From positions 290,743 to 354,742 of the forward strand of contig OY970171.1 in the NCBI GenBank assembly GCA_963707575.1: 64,000 nucleotides of DNA, given 5' to 3'. Position numbers and translations under genes: made by a program. Positions 39,101 to 46,715 of this stretch are shown here, in pieces. The stretch's first letter is position 1. Each line of letters opens with the position of its first letter. A model generated the notes under the pieces. The model did not search any database. It was not told the DNA's origin and was given only the letters and a program-made list of their open reading frames with translations. The stretch is from an uncultured Gaiellaceae bacterium (lineage in GTDB: Bacteria; Actinomycetota; Thermoleophilia; Gaiellales; Gaiellaceae).

Positions 39101-39894
39101 GGGTCCTGAACACGGCCCATCGAGAGCTCGGCGGCACCGAGACGCGCTGGTTCGAGCTCGCGCTCCCCATTTACGAGGAGCTCGGAGACCGGGTCGGCAA
39201 GGCGATCGTGCTCAACAATCTCGGCGTCAGCGCGTACTTCGCCGGCCGCTGGGACGAGGCGATGACGTACTACGAGCAGAGCGTCGAGGAGGAGCACGCG
39301 GCCGGCGACCCCATCCGTGCCGCGAACTCGTCGAACAACGTCGCCGAGATCCTGCTCGACCAAGGCCGGCTCGAGCCGGCCGTCGAGCTCCTGCGGGAGG
39401 CGCTCCGCGTCTACAACGCCGCCGGGTACATGCTGGGGGCGGGCGTGGCGAAGAAGAACCTCGCCCGGGCAGCGGCGGCGGTCGGGGCCTTCGACGAGGC
39501 ACACGCGCTCTTCGACGAGGCGCTCGCGCATCTGGAGGAGATCGGCGCGGGCACGTTCGTCCACGAGGCGAAGGCGCGGAAGGCGGAGTGCTTCGTGCTG
39601 GAGGGAAGCCACCGCGAGGCGCTCGCGCTGGCGCAGGACGTGCTCACCGAGGCGCCCGACGCGCTCGTCGAGCGGCTCGTCGGCTACGCGCTCGCGCAGG
39701 CCCGGCGACCCGAGGAGGCGCGGCCGCACTTCGAGGAGAGCCTGCGCCTGGCCCGGGAGCGCGGCGCCCGCTACGAGGTCGCGCGCACGTTGCGCGCGCT
39801 CGCGGACACGGGAGCGCCCGAGCACGGCGCGGAGGCGCAGGAGCTGCTCGCCTCGCTCGGCGTCGTCTCGCTGCCGCGCGTGCCGCTGCCCTGA
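36106..39894 (+). CDS. large signalling ATPase: two tandem class III adenylate/guanylate cyclase homology domains + AAA/P-loop NTPase + TPR repeats
   Basis: CHD1: VSVDLAGFTALSE...GDVLKFRGDALLIFF. CHD2: ATVAFVKFTG...RAGVNRGHVFAGEIG...YAVMGDTVNLAARL. P-loop GEPGIGKTRL. C-terminal TPR-like helices. Start at ATG 36106. Confidence 0.85.
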   Translation: MGSSVTQTLTQPGLEPYVPRLVRTWNDVRGGVDAIEVDGTLVSVDLAGFTALSERLAAKGRAGAEELILLISGVYEGLIGIAGRRGGDVLKFRGDALLIFFEDDDHALRACIAAGEMQWLIEETGRTRSSVGAVELTMAVGIHSGPCHFFLSGRSHRELVIAGPAATGTLRLEDAASSREILVSAATAHALDPGWLGAARDGAVLLKPGLHNGVPDEPGAPDEPATDADLVEFVPLPLRPVLASGAAEAEHRQATVAFVKFTGADELLAREGIDGLGERITRLGDIVDGTVDGLGITWLESDIDLDGGKVYLTAGAPATPGGDEERMLLALRAILDEECGLTLRAGVNRGHVFAGEIGAERRRTYAVMGDTVNLAARLAGRAQPGQILATGDVLERARTRFETSSQPFLMKGKERAVTAYSVGAVVGLREEQLPERLPLIGRESELTALREAVDSARQRQSRLIELVGEPGIGKTRLIDELTALSLGFTQLVARSEAYATAAPYFVFRPLLRQLAGILPTAARDDAGQQLTAWVQGVMPDQLPWLPLLGVAFDAEVEPTPETDALAASMRRQRLHEAVEQFLVRILMMPTLLVFEDTHWLDDASRELLLHLALRPSPRPWLICVTRRPRGASFVEEGGAEGLVIALEPLAPELTASLARIVDNELSLSEDELESLVARAGGNPLFVRELVAAIRRGAAGELPETVERLMTERIDTLDPEDRLLLRVAAVVGPRFDLELMRELLGDELGDVGEIERWHRLGEFVEWRGEDTLRFRHDLFRAAAYEGLSFQRRHDVHARVGAALERRAGERTDEAAGLLSLHFLEGREPEKAWRYSVAAGRRAQGLWSNVDAAEFYERALSAADDLDGADPVEVSAVAESLGDVCELAARYDEASEAYGRARALVGDDVVASARLLRKEGVLHERHGGYDGALELYRRALELLDFPAGGGAPASDRVELELEYATVLFRQGHFEECLGWAERAAEHAQDADDRPGLAHAYRVLNTAHRELGGTETRWFELALPIYEELGDRVGKAIVLNNLGVSAYFAGRWDEAMTYYEQSVEEEHAAGDPIRAANSSNNVAEILLDQGRLEPAVELLREALRVYNAAGYMLGAGVAKKNLARAAAAVGAFDEAHALFDEALAHLEEIGAGTFVHEAKARKAECFVLEGSHREALALAQDVLTEAPDALVERLVGYALAQARRPEEARPHFEESLRLARERGARYEVARTLRALADTGAPEHGAEAQELLASLGVVSLPRVPLP

Positions 39895-39919
39895 CGCGCA
39901 GCCGCTGCCCTGACGAGCG

Positions 39920-40348
39920 CTAGCTCGAGGTGGTCTGGCGGGCTTCGACCTCGCGCAGCTTGCCCGCGAGCGACTGCAGCAGCTTCCAGGCGATGCTAGG
40001 GCTCGACTCGACGAGCGGGCGGAACTCCCACACCGTCAGCCCGTAGGTGACGAGGTCGGTGTCGGCCGTCACGGTCGCCGAGCGGGAGTGCTGCTCGTCG
40101 ATCAGGGCCACCTCGCCGAAGTAGTCGCCCTTCTTCAGCTTGCCGACCTCACGGTCGCCCACGGTCACCGTCGCCTCGCCGTCGCCGATGACGAAGAAGC
40201 CGACGCCGCCCGTGCCGGCCGTCGCGATCGCGTCGCCGGCCTTGAAGGTGCGGTCGTGGAAGGAGTTCGCCAGGCGCTCGAGCTCACGCTTGTCGAGGTC
40301 TGCGAACAGGGGCACTTGAGCGATCAGCTCTGGGGTGGGTGAGGACAT
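39920..40348 (-). CDS. stand-alone cyclic-nucleotide-binding (CAP_ED) domain protein, no HTH
   Basis: 142 aa. Motifs: VPLFADLDKRELERLA, GDYFGEVALID...RSATV. Confidence 0.85.
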   Translation of the reverse strand: MSSPTPELIAQVPLFADLDKRELERLANSFHDRTFKAGDAIATAGTGGVGFFVIGDGEATVTVGDREVGKLKKGDYFGEVALIDEQHSRSATVTADTDLVTYGLTVWEFRPLVESSPSIAWKLLQSLAGKLREVEARQTTSS

Positions 40349-40371
40349 GGCAGCGATCCTAGTCCGTTCGG

Positions 40372-42036
40372 CTACGTGGGCGCTACCCCGGGGCTGAAGG
40401 AGCCGAGGCGTCCGGCGACGACGTCGTCCGCCGCGCTGCGGCTGTAGGGATCGCGCGTGACGGCGGCGAGGAAGTCGTCTCGGTCGAGCGCGAGCAGCTG
40501 CGCGTCGGTGCGGGCGACCACGGTCGCGGTGCGCGGGACGTCGCGGAGCAAGGCGATCTCCCCGAAGCCGTCGCCGGGCCCGAGCACGGCGACGCGGTCG
40601 TCGAGCTGCGCCTCGACCTCGCCCGACTCGACGAGGTAGAAGTGGTCGCCGAGGTCGCCGCGCCGAATGATCTCGCCGCCGGCGCTCACGGAGACCGGGG
40701 TCAGCCGGCCGGCGAGATGCTCGATCGTGGCCGGGGGCAGCGGCGCGAAGATCGGGTGCGCGGCCACGAGCGCGATCCGCTCCGCCGGGACCCGAGCGCG
40801 CGTGTCGATGCGCGCGAGCGCAGGCGCCGAGAGCAGGACGACCGCGGGCAGGAAGCCGCCGGCGACGACGAGCGCGGTCTCGATCCCCACCGTCTCGACG
40901 AGCACAGGCCCCAGTACGGCTCCCAGGCCGAGACAGCCGAGCAGGACGCTCTCGAGCGCGCCGAAGGCCCGCGCGAGCACCTCGTCCGGCACGGCGCGTT
41001 GCATCAACGTCAGGGCGGCGACGTCGGTGAGCGTGTTGCCGACGCCCACGAGCGCCATCAGGACGAGGGCCGCCAGCGGCTCCTGCCAGACGACGACGAG
41101 TGCGAGCGGGCCGCCGTAGAGGGCTACCCCGAGCGCAAAGTCCGTCGCGAGGCGCCCGCGCATCGCGAGCGCGAGCGCCAGCGCGGCGCCGACGAACCCG
41201 CCGATCCCGACCGCGGAGTTGAGGAACCCGAAGCCCGCTTCTCCCATGTCCAGCAGCTCGAGCGAGGCCACCACCATCAGCACCGTGAACGCCCCGGCGA
41301 CGATCGTCTGCGCGCCGTACAGGACCACGATCAGGCGCAGGTCGCGCTCGACCGCGAACGTGCGGAAGCCGGCACCGACCTCCCGTCTGAACGAGCCGCG
41401 CTCGGCCGGCTCGGCCGGCTCGTGGGCGACCCGCCGGATCCCGGCCACCATCAGCGCCGACCAGACGAACGTGAGCCCGTTGACACCGAAGACGACCTCC
41501 GGGCTCGTGGCCGCTAGCAGGATTCCGCCGAGCGCGGGCCCGATGAACGTGCCGATGCTCTCCACGGTGGACGACGTCACGTTGGCGGCGCTCAGCTCCT
41601 CCGGCGTGCGCGCGAGCGAGGGCGTCAGCGCCGCCTGAGCCGGGCGAAACGCGGTCCCGACGACGCTCGTCAGGCCGACCGCGAGATACACGATCGCCGC
41701 GGGGCCGTCCCAGAGGATCGTCAGCGCCACGACCGCCATCAGCGGGACCCGGATCAGGTCGGTCACGACCATCACGCGCTCGCGCGGGAACCGGTCGGCC
41801 GCCACCGCGACGAACGGCGCCGCCAACGCCGAGGGCAAGAGCCGGATCACCCCGACGAGCCCGACGGCTGCCGCGCCGCCCTCCCCGTAGGCGTAGACGG
41901 CGAGCGCGACGAGGTAGGCCCAGCTGCCGATCACCGAGCCGACCCAGGCGAGCTCCAGTCGGCGCAGGTCACGGTTGCGGAAGACCGCGGCGAGCGCCCC
42001 CGCGGACTGCGACATCCTCGTCAGCGCCGACCGCAT
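40372..42036 (-). CDS. MFS transporter fused to a C-terminal cyclic-nucleotide-binding domain
   Basis: About 12 TM helices (MFS_3/EntS-like: DRFPRERVMVVTDLIR), then IFAPLPPATIEHLA...GDGFGEIALLRDVPRTATV. Start ATG 42036 preceded by GAAGG. Confidence 0.8.
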   Translation of the reverse strand: MRSALTRMSQSAGALAAVFRNRDLRRLELAWVGSVIGSWAYLVALAVYAYGEGGAAAVGLVGVIRLLPSALAAPFVAVAADRFPRERVMVVTDLIRVPLMAVVALTILWDGPAAIVYLAVGLTSVVGTAFRPAQAALTPSLARTPEELSAANVTSSTVESIGTFIGPALGGILLAATSPEVVFGVNGLTFVWSALMVAGIRRVAHEPAEPAERGSFRREVGAGFRTFAVERDLRLIVVLYGAQTIVAGAFTVLMVVASLELLDMGEAGFGFLNSAVGIGGFVGAALALALAMRGRLATDFALGVALYGGPLALVVVWQEPLAALVLMALVGVGNTLTDVAALTLMQRAVPDEVLARAFGALESVLLGCLGLGAVLGPVLVETVGIETALVVAGGFLPAVVLLSAPALARIDTRARVPAERIALVAAHPIFAPLPPATIEHLAGRLTPVSVSAGGEIIRRGDLGDHFYLVESGEVEAQLDDRVAVLGPGDGFGEIALLRDVPRTATVVARTDAQLLALDRDDFLAAVTRDPYSRSAADDVVAGRLGSFSPGVAPT

Positions 42037-42156
42037 CGGCAGACCTTCGCAGCATTTGTTGCGATTGGAAAGCACTGGTGGGAAGATCGTGGCGTCGATG
42101 CACGTCTTGTGATCAACGCGCCCGATCCCGAGGCGCCCGAGTTGAAGGAGAGGCAC

Positions 42157-42348
42157 ATGTCGGATCGTGAGAGGCACGAGCGCGACAGAGCTGAGAGCCT
42201 GAAGGACGAGGGCGACTCCAGCACCGAGGAGACACCGGACGTCGAGGCGCATCGCTTCGAGACCGGGTCCGAGGCGGCGCGGGCCGACCATGGCCGCGCC
42301 GATCAGGGCACCGAGCCCGAGGATCGCCACCGGAACGAGTCGGTCTAG
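42157..42348 (+). CDS. small (63 aa) highly charged hypothetical protein
   Basis: ATG 42157 lies 6 nt after AAGGAGAGG. GC3-rich codons. Followed by a strong hairpin. The sequence MSDRERHERDRAESLKDEGD... has no recognisable family. Confidence 0.4.
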   Translation: MSDRERHERDRAESLKDEGDSSTEETPDVEAHRFETGSEAARADHGRADQGTEPEDRHRNESV

Positions 42349-42377
42349 CAGCAGGCAGCAGCTTGGCACTTGCGGCC

Positions 42378-42412
42378 GCGGGGCCGGGAGGAGACGCTCC
42401 TCCCGGCCCCGC
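42378..42412. terminator. bidirectional GC-rich hairpin between convergent genes
   Basis: Perfect 16-bp stem GCGGGGCCGGGAGGAG / CTCCTCCCGGCCCCGC with a 3-nt loop. Confidence 0.6.
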
Positions 42413-42423
42413 GTTGCCGAGCG

Positions 42424-43062
42424 TCACTCTTTTCGAAGCACCTGCTCGAGGGCCTGCAGCAGGGTCGCACCTGCCTCGCGCCGGTCGCCGTCCAATCCGT
42501 CGAGCGCCGAAGCGAGCGCGGCAACGGCGGCGATGTCACCGCCCCCGCCTTCGATCACCGCGCGAGCACGACGCGTGCTGCGCAGCAGGTCGAGCGCAAT
42601 CGCTGCCTGGTTCGCGAACAGGCCGAGCAGCTCCATCCCGGCCAGGCCGGCGTGTGCATCGGCCTGACGGTCGAGCACCTGGAGCACGCCGAGCGCGCGC
42701 TCCTCGTACAGGAGCGGCACCGCCATCAGGGCGCTCGGCACGTAGCCGGTCCGCTCCGCGAGGTCGCGGGCGAAGCGGGGGTCGTTGGCGAGGTCGTCCA
42801 GGACGAGCGGCTGCCGCGTCACGAGCACCCAGCCTGCGATCCCCGTGCTCGACGGGATCCGCAGTCCCAGCACCTCGCCGGAGCGCTCGCCGGCGGCGGC
42901 TTCGAAGACGAGCTCGTCCGTCTCCTCGTCGTGCAGGAAGATCGACGCGGCGTGGGCCGAGAAGATGGCGCGCGCGGCCTCGACGATCGACTGGAGCAGT
43001 GCCCGGTGCTGCGCCTCGTCCGGCAGGATCCCGGCGGCCGCCGCGAGCGAAGGGTCGGTCAT
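42424..43062 (-). CDS. GAF domain-containing protein
   Basis: 212 aa from ATG 43062 (ATGA overlap with the S8 stop). GAF-like core: ASIFLHDEETDELVFEAAAG...GIAGWVL..RQPLVLDDL..DPRF. Confidence 0.8.
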   Translation of the reverse strand: MTDPSLAAAAGILPDEAQHRALLQSIVEAARAIFSAHAASIFLHDEETDELVFEAAAGERSGEVLGLRIPSSTGIAGWVLVTRQPLVLDDLANDPRFARDLAERTGYVPSALMAVPLLYEERALGVLQVLDRQADAHAGLAGMELLGLFANQAAIALDLLRSTRRARAVIEGGGGDIAAVAALASALDGLDGDRREAGATLLQALEQVLRKE

Positions 43063-43874
43063 CGGTCGGCTCCACTGACGTTGGCGGCGGTGAGGTACAG
43101 CAGGTGCTTGACCTGGAACGGCGCCAGCTGCGGATGCTTCGCCAGGGCGAGCGCGCAGAGGCCGCTGACGTGGGGCGTCGCGAAGCTGTTGCCCGTGCAG
43201 CGCAGCGTGCCGCCGCCGGGCCAGGCGACGTCGAGGTCGACGCCGCGCGCGAAGAACTCGACGGGCGGATCGGGATTGGCGTAGAGGAGGCGCGGATCGG
43301 CCTCCTCGTGGCTGCCGACGGAGATCACCGACGAGAAGCGCCACGGGTAGCTGTCGACCGCCAGGTTGTGCGCGGAGGCGACGAGGATGGTGCGGCCGAA
43401 GTAGGCGCTGTCGGCGAGCTCGTGGAGCACGGCTGCGAACTTGCTCTTCGTGGTCGAGATGCTCATGTTGATCACGTCGAAGCCCTGTTCGATCGCCCAG
43501 TGGAGCCCGGCCAGGAGCACGTCGCCGCTCCCCGTGTAGCCCGCGCCGAGCACGCGCACGCTGTGCAGGCTGCACTCGGGGGCCAGCTGCCTCACGATCC
43601 CGGCGCACGCCGTGCCGTGCCCGCAGAGATCGCCCTCCGGGTCGTCGACGACCTCGAACCCGTCCGCCGCCGCGACGACCGCTACGGACTGCTCCACGGC
43701 GCCGACGAGCGGGTGGTCGCGGTCGACGCCGCTGTCCAGGATGCAGACGCGGACCCCCGCCCCCTTCGACTCTCCGTACGCCCACTCCGCCGTGACGACC
43801 GCGGGCCACTCCTGTGCGATCTCGATCTTGCCGCGCTCCCCCGTCGGCAGGCTCCACGCGGGCAGCGAGCTCAT
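43059..43874 (-). CDS. S8 family serine peptidase, apparently cytoplasmic (no signal peptide or propeptide)
   Basis: 271 aa from ATG 43874. Triad motifs CILDSGVD, CGHGTACAG, GNSFATPHVSG. ATGA overlaps at both ends. Confidence 0.85.
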   Translation of the reverse strand: MSSLPAWSLPTGERGKIEIAQEWPAVVTAEWAYGESKGAGVRVCILDSGVDRDHPLVGAVEQSVAVVAAADGFEVVDDPEGDLCGHGTACAGIVRQLAPECSLHSVRVLGAGYTGSGDVLLAGLHWAIEQGFDVINMSISTTKSKFAAVLHELADSAYFGRTILVASAHNLAVDSYPWRFSSVISVGSHEEADPRLLYANPDPPVEFFARGVDLDVAWPGGGTLRCTGNSFATPHVSGLCALALAKHPQLAPFQVKHLLYLTAANVSGADR

Positions 43875-44431
43875 GCGCGGGCCTGTGCGCGGCGGGAGGC
43901 CTCCGCAGCATGGGCGGCCACGGCGCGCGCCTGGAGCACGCGCGGATCTCGCTCGCCGGTGGCCAGGTTGATCTCGACGAGGTGGACGGCCACGCGGACC
44001 GCCGACTCCGCGAGCACCGCTGCGGCGAGGACGTCGCCGCGCACGCTGCCGACGCACTCCTCGGCGGAGTAGGCGGCGAGCACCACCGTGTCGGCAGCCG
44101 CCTCGGCGATCGCGAGCGGCAACTCGGCGGCGCGCCCCAGGGCGAAGCCGAGGCGGATGTCGCGCTCGTCCGGATCCAGGTCGCCGTCGGGCCCGAGTGC
44201 ATCGAGCACGCGCGCATAGGCCTCGGAATCCGCGAGGGCAAGGGCCATCAGGCGCGTCCGCACCACCCGCACCTGCGCCAGAACGCCGCCGGCTCCCTGC
44301 CAGTCCGGCGAGGAACGAGCCGTCATGCCCACGAGGCTCGCCGCCATCGCGGCCGAGATCGCGGCAGCTGCGCCGCCCGCGGGAATCGGCCCCTCGGCTG
44401 CGAGCCCGTCGAGTAGGTCGACGAGCCGCAG
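43871..44431 (-). CDS. cyclodeaminase/cyclohydrolase (FTCD_C) family protein; start uncertain (canonical ATG at 44347, homology extends upstream)
   Basis: Track ORF 43871..44347. The same frame upstream encodes LLELRLVDLLDGLAAEGPIPAGGAAAAISAA, the conserved N-terminal PGGG-type motif of this family. There is no ATG/GTG/TTG there; CTG at 44431 is the only start-like codon. Confidence 0.55.
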   Translation of the reverse strand: MRLVDLLDGLAAEGPIPAGGAAAAISAAMAASLVGMTARSSPDWQGAGGVLAQVRVVRTRLMALALADSEAYARVLDALGPDGDLDPDERDIRLGFALGRAAELPLAIAEAAADTVVLAAYSAEECVGSVRGDVLAAAVLAESAVRVAVHLVEINLATGERDPRVLQARAVAAHAAEASRRAQARA

Positions 44432-44466
44432 CTCGAGGAGGTCGCGGGGGCCGCCCGCTCCCGTGG

Positions 44467-44721
44467 CTACGCCGGAAACCGTCGGCGCAGCTCCTCGATG
44501 ACGAAACGATTCGGTTCGTGGCCGCCCACCCGAAGCGCTGTCTCGAGGTCATCGATGAGAGCGCGCCGAAATTCGGCGTCAGCCTGGGCGAGCTCGACGA
44601 TCCGATCGAGCTCTCGACGACTTCGCGGTAGCTCCTTCGCAGCCGTTACCAGGCCCGCGGGTACCGCAGGGAGGGCGCTCAGGAGCTCCCCCATCCGCTC
44701 GTCATCGTTTCTCATCGACAT
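44467..44721 (-). CDS. hypothetical 84-aa protein co-transcribed with the ECF sigma factor
   Basis: ATG lies 4 nt after the sigma stop. Helical and charged (ELDRIVELAQADAEFRRALIDDLETALR). No TM helix and no HxxxCxxC zinc motif. Confidence 0.5.
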   Translation of the reverse strand: MSMRNDDERMGELLSALPAVPAGLVTAAKELPRSRRELDRIVELAQADAEFRRALIDDLETALRVGGHEPNRFVIEELRRRFPA

Positions 44722-44725
44722 GCCC

Positions 44726-45313
44726 TCAAGACTCCACGGCGAGCGATTTTCTTCCCTCGAGTTGCTCTCGGAGCCGGCCGAGGCACCGGGAGATGCGGCT
44801 CGCGATCGTCCCGGGCGGCAGGTCGAGCGCCTCGCCGATCGCGCGGTAGCTCTCGTCGCGCGTGAAGAAGCGGTCGAGGATCTCGCGGCAGTTCCCGGAC
44901 AACGTCTCGAGCGCGTCGCGGACGGCGAGCGCCTCCTCGAGCCGGTGCAGCTCGTCCGCGGCCTCCTCGGCGATCGTCTCCTCGTTCAGCTCGGCGTCGC
45001 GCGAGGTCAGGCGCAGGCGGTCGATGCAGAGCCGCCGCGTCAGCTGCGCCAGCCAGGGCCGGAACGCCTCGTCGTCGCGCAGCGTCCCCAGCCGCTCGTA
45101 GACGCGCGCGAACGTGTCCTGGAAGACGTCCTCGGCGTCCGAGGGCGGCAGGCGGAAGGCCTGTACGGCGATCGCGAACACGTAGCGGGAGTAGCGGTCG
45201 ACGAGCTCCGCCCACGCGGCCTCGTCGCCGGCGCGGCAGCGCGCCAGAACGTCGGCGTCGCCGCCCGCGCTCACCCCCTGAACGTCATCCACGAATGCGA
45301 CTCTAAACGCCAT
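44726..45313 (-). CDS. ECF-type RNA polymerase sigma-70 family factor
   Basis: Region 2 (VDRYSRYVFAIAV...EDVFQDTFARVY) and region 4 (SYRAIGEALDLPPGTIASRISRCL). Start placed at ATG 45313. Confidence 0.85.
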   Translation of the reverse strand: MAFRVAFVDDVQGVSAGGDADVLARCRAGDEAAWAELVDRYSRYVFAIAVQAFRLPPSDAEDVFQDTFARVYERLGTLRDDEAFRPWLAQLTRRLCIDRLRLTSRDAELNEETIAEEAADELHRLEEALAVRDALETLSGNCREILDRFFTRDESYRAIGEALDLPPGTIASRISRCLGRLREQLEGRKSLAVES

Positions 45314-45323
45314 CCCGCTGACT

Positions 45324-45693
45324 TTAGGCGTCGGCGGCGTCCCAGCGTCCGTCGGCCCGCGCCCGCTCGACCTCACGCAGCCCGGCGGGACGCATCTCGC
45401 CGCGCTCGATCAGCGCCTCGGCCCTGGCCCGGTTGAGCTTCGACCAGTTGCTTCGGGCCCGGCGGGGCGTGAACCGCTGCAGGTGCCAGTGCTCGTCGAG
45501 CCCCTTCGCCAGACCGTCGATCCAGCCGTGGCAGAGCGCAACCTCCACGGCCTCCGGGTAGGTGACGCTCGGGCTGGCCCGAGCCCTTCTTGGCCAGCTT
45601 GACCCAGACCTCCTGGGCCGCGGAGCCATGCTGCTCGAGCCAGGCGTGCCACGCCGCTCGGTCCTCGAAGGCGATCGGGTTGCCGGCCTCCAT
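45324..45693 (-). pseudogene. YdeI/OmpD-associated family gene interrupted by a +1 frameshift
   Basis: N-terminal part MEAGNPIAFEDRAAWHAWLEQHGSAAQEVWVKLAKKGSGQP is in one frame (track ORF 45373..45693). The C-terminal part SVTYPEAVEVALCHGWIDGL...FTPRRARSNWS...GEMRPAGL is in the next frame (track ORF 45324..45698). They join at the GGG run 45571..45573. Confidence 0.7.
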
Positions 45694-45715
45694 GCCACCC
45701 GATCATCGCAGGGGC

Positions 45716-46676
45716 TCAGATCCAGTCGCGCCGCTTGGCCACGACGATCACGAGGGGTGCGAGGGCGACGATCAGTGCGACCACCACGTAGAAGATCCAG
45801 TTGGTCTCGAACAGCCCGACTTTGAAGTTCATCCCCAGCACGCCGGCCACGAGCGCTCCGGGCAGCAGGATCACCGAGGCGAGCGTCAGCACCTTCATGA
45901 TCTCGTTCGTGCGCTGGCCCGTCCGCGCGATCAGCACGTCGAAGGAGCCGACCACGGCCTCGCGCGCATCCCGCGCCTCCTGGACCGTCGACTCGAAGCG
46001 GCGCAGCAGCGCCTGGAAGCGCTCGCCCGAGTGGTGGTCTCCGAGCGCCTCCAGCTCGGGATAGGTGAGCGCCACGAGCGGCGAGCGGTGATGGGCGAGC
46101 GCGCGGCGCAGGACGCCGACCTCCTGACGAATCGCGATCAGACGTTCGATGTCCTCCTCGGGATCGGCGTCACCTCGCATCGCGCGAACCTCGAACTCCT
46201 CCAGGCGCTCCTCGATGCGCTCGAAGGCATCCGTGTACGCCCCGAGCACCCAGTCCAGCAGCGCCGCGAGGAACGACGGGCCGTCGAGCTCGCCCGGTGT
46301 GCCCCGAGCCGGAGACGCGCTCCGTGAACTCGTCCAGCACGGGCACCGGACGGTCGTGGGCGGTGAGCACCCAGTTCTCGCCCACGACGCACTCGAGCGG
46401 CACCAGCTTGCCGTCCTCCGCGTCGGGCGCGAACGCGGTCACGTGGATGTACGCGCCGTGATCGGAGAAGACGGCGGCCGCCGACGACGTCGACGCGAGC
46501 CCGTCGCGCGTGTCGTGATCGAGACCGAACTCGTCGGCGACCGCCTGCGCGCTCTCCTCCGAGGCGCGGTCGACGTCCACCCAGAGCAGCATCGAGCCAC
46601 GCAGCCGCCGCGGCCGCTCGGTGAGACCGCCGAGCTGGTGGACTCGGTCTCGATCGAAGAGGATCACGTCGCTCAC
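45716..46676 (-). pseudogene. corA: CorA-family magnesium/cobalt transporter interrupted by a +1 frameshift
   Basis: The N-terminal cytoplasmic domain is in ORF 46170..46676. The C-terminal part, with LGMNF (GMN motif) and two TM helices, is in ORF 45716..46249. Removing one C from the CCCC run 46302..46305 restores ...ERVSGSGTPGELDGPSFLAALLDWVLGAYTDAF... Confidence 0.75.
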
Positions 46677-46715
46677 GACCTAGTCGCCCTACCCCACGCG
46701 CCGAGACCGAACCAC

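Noticed and set aside
44467-44721. The 84-aa protein downstream of the ECF sigma as a RiPP precursor (NHLP/Nif11-like helical leader, S8 protease nearby).
   Set aside because: There is no Cys/Ser/Thr-rich core, no GG cleavage motif, and no modifying enzymes (LanM/YcaO/rSAM) in the operon. The resemblance is limited to a generic amphipathic helix.
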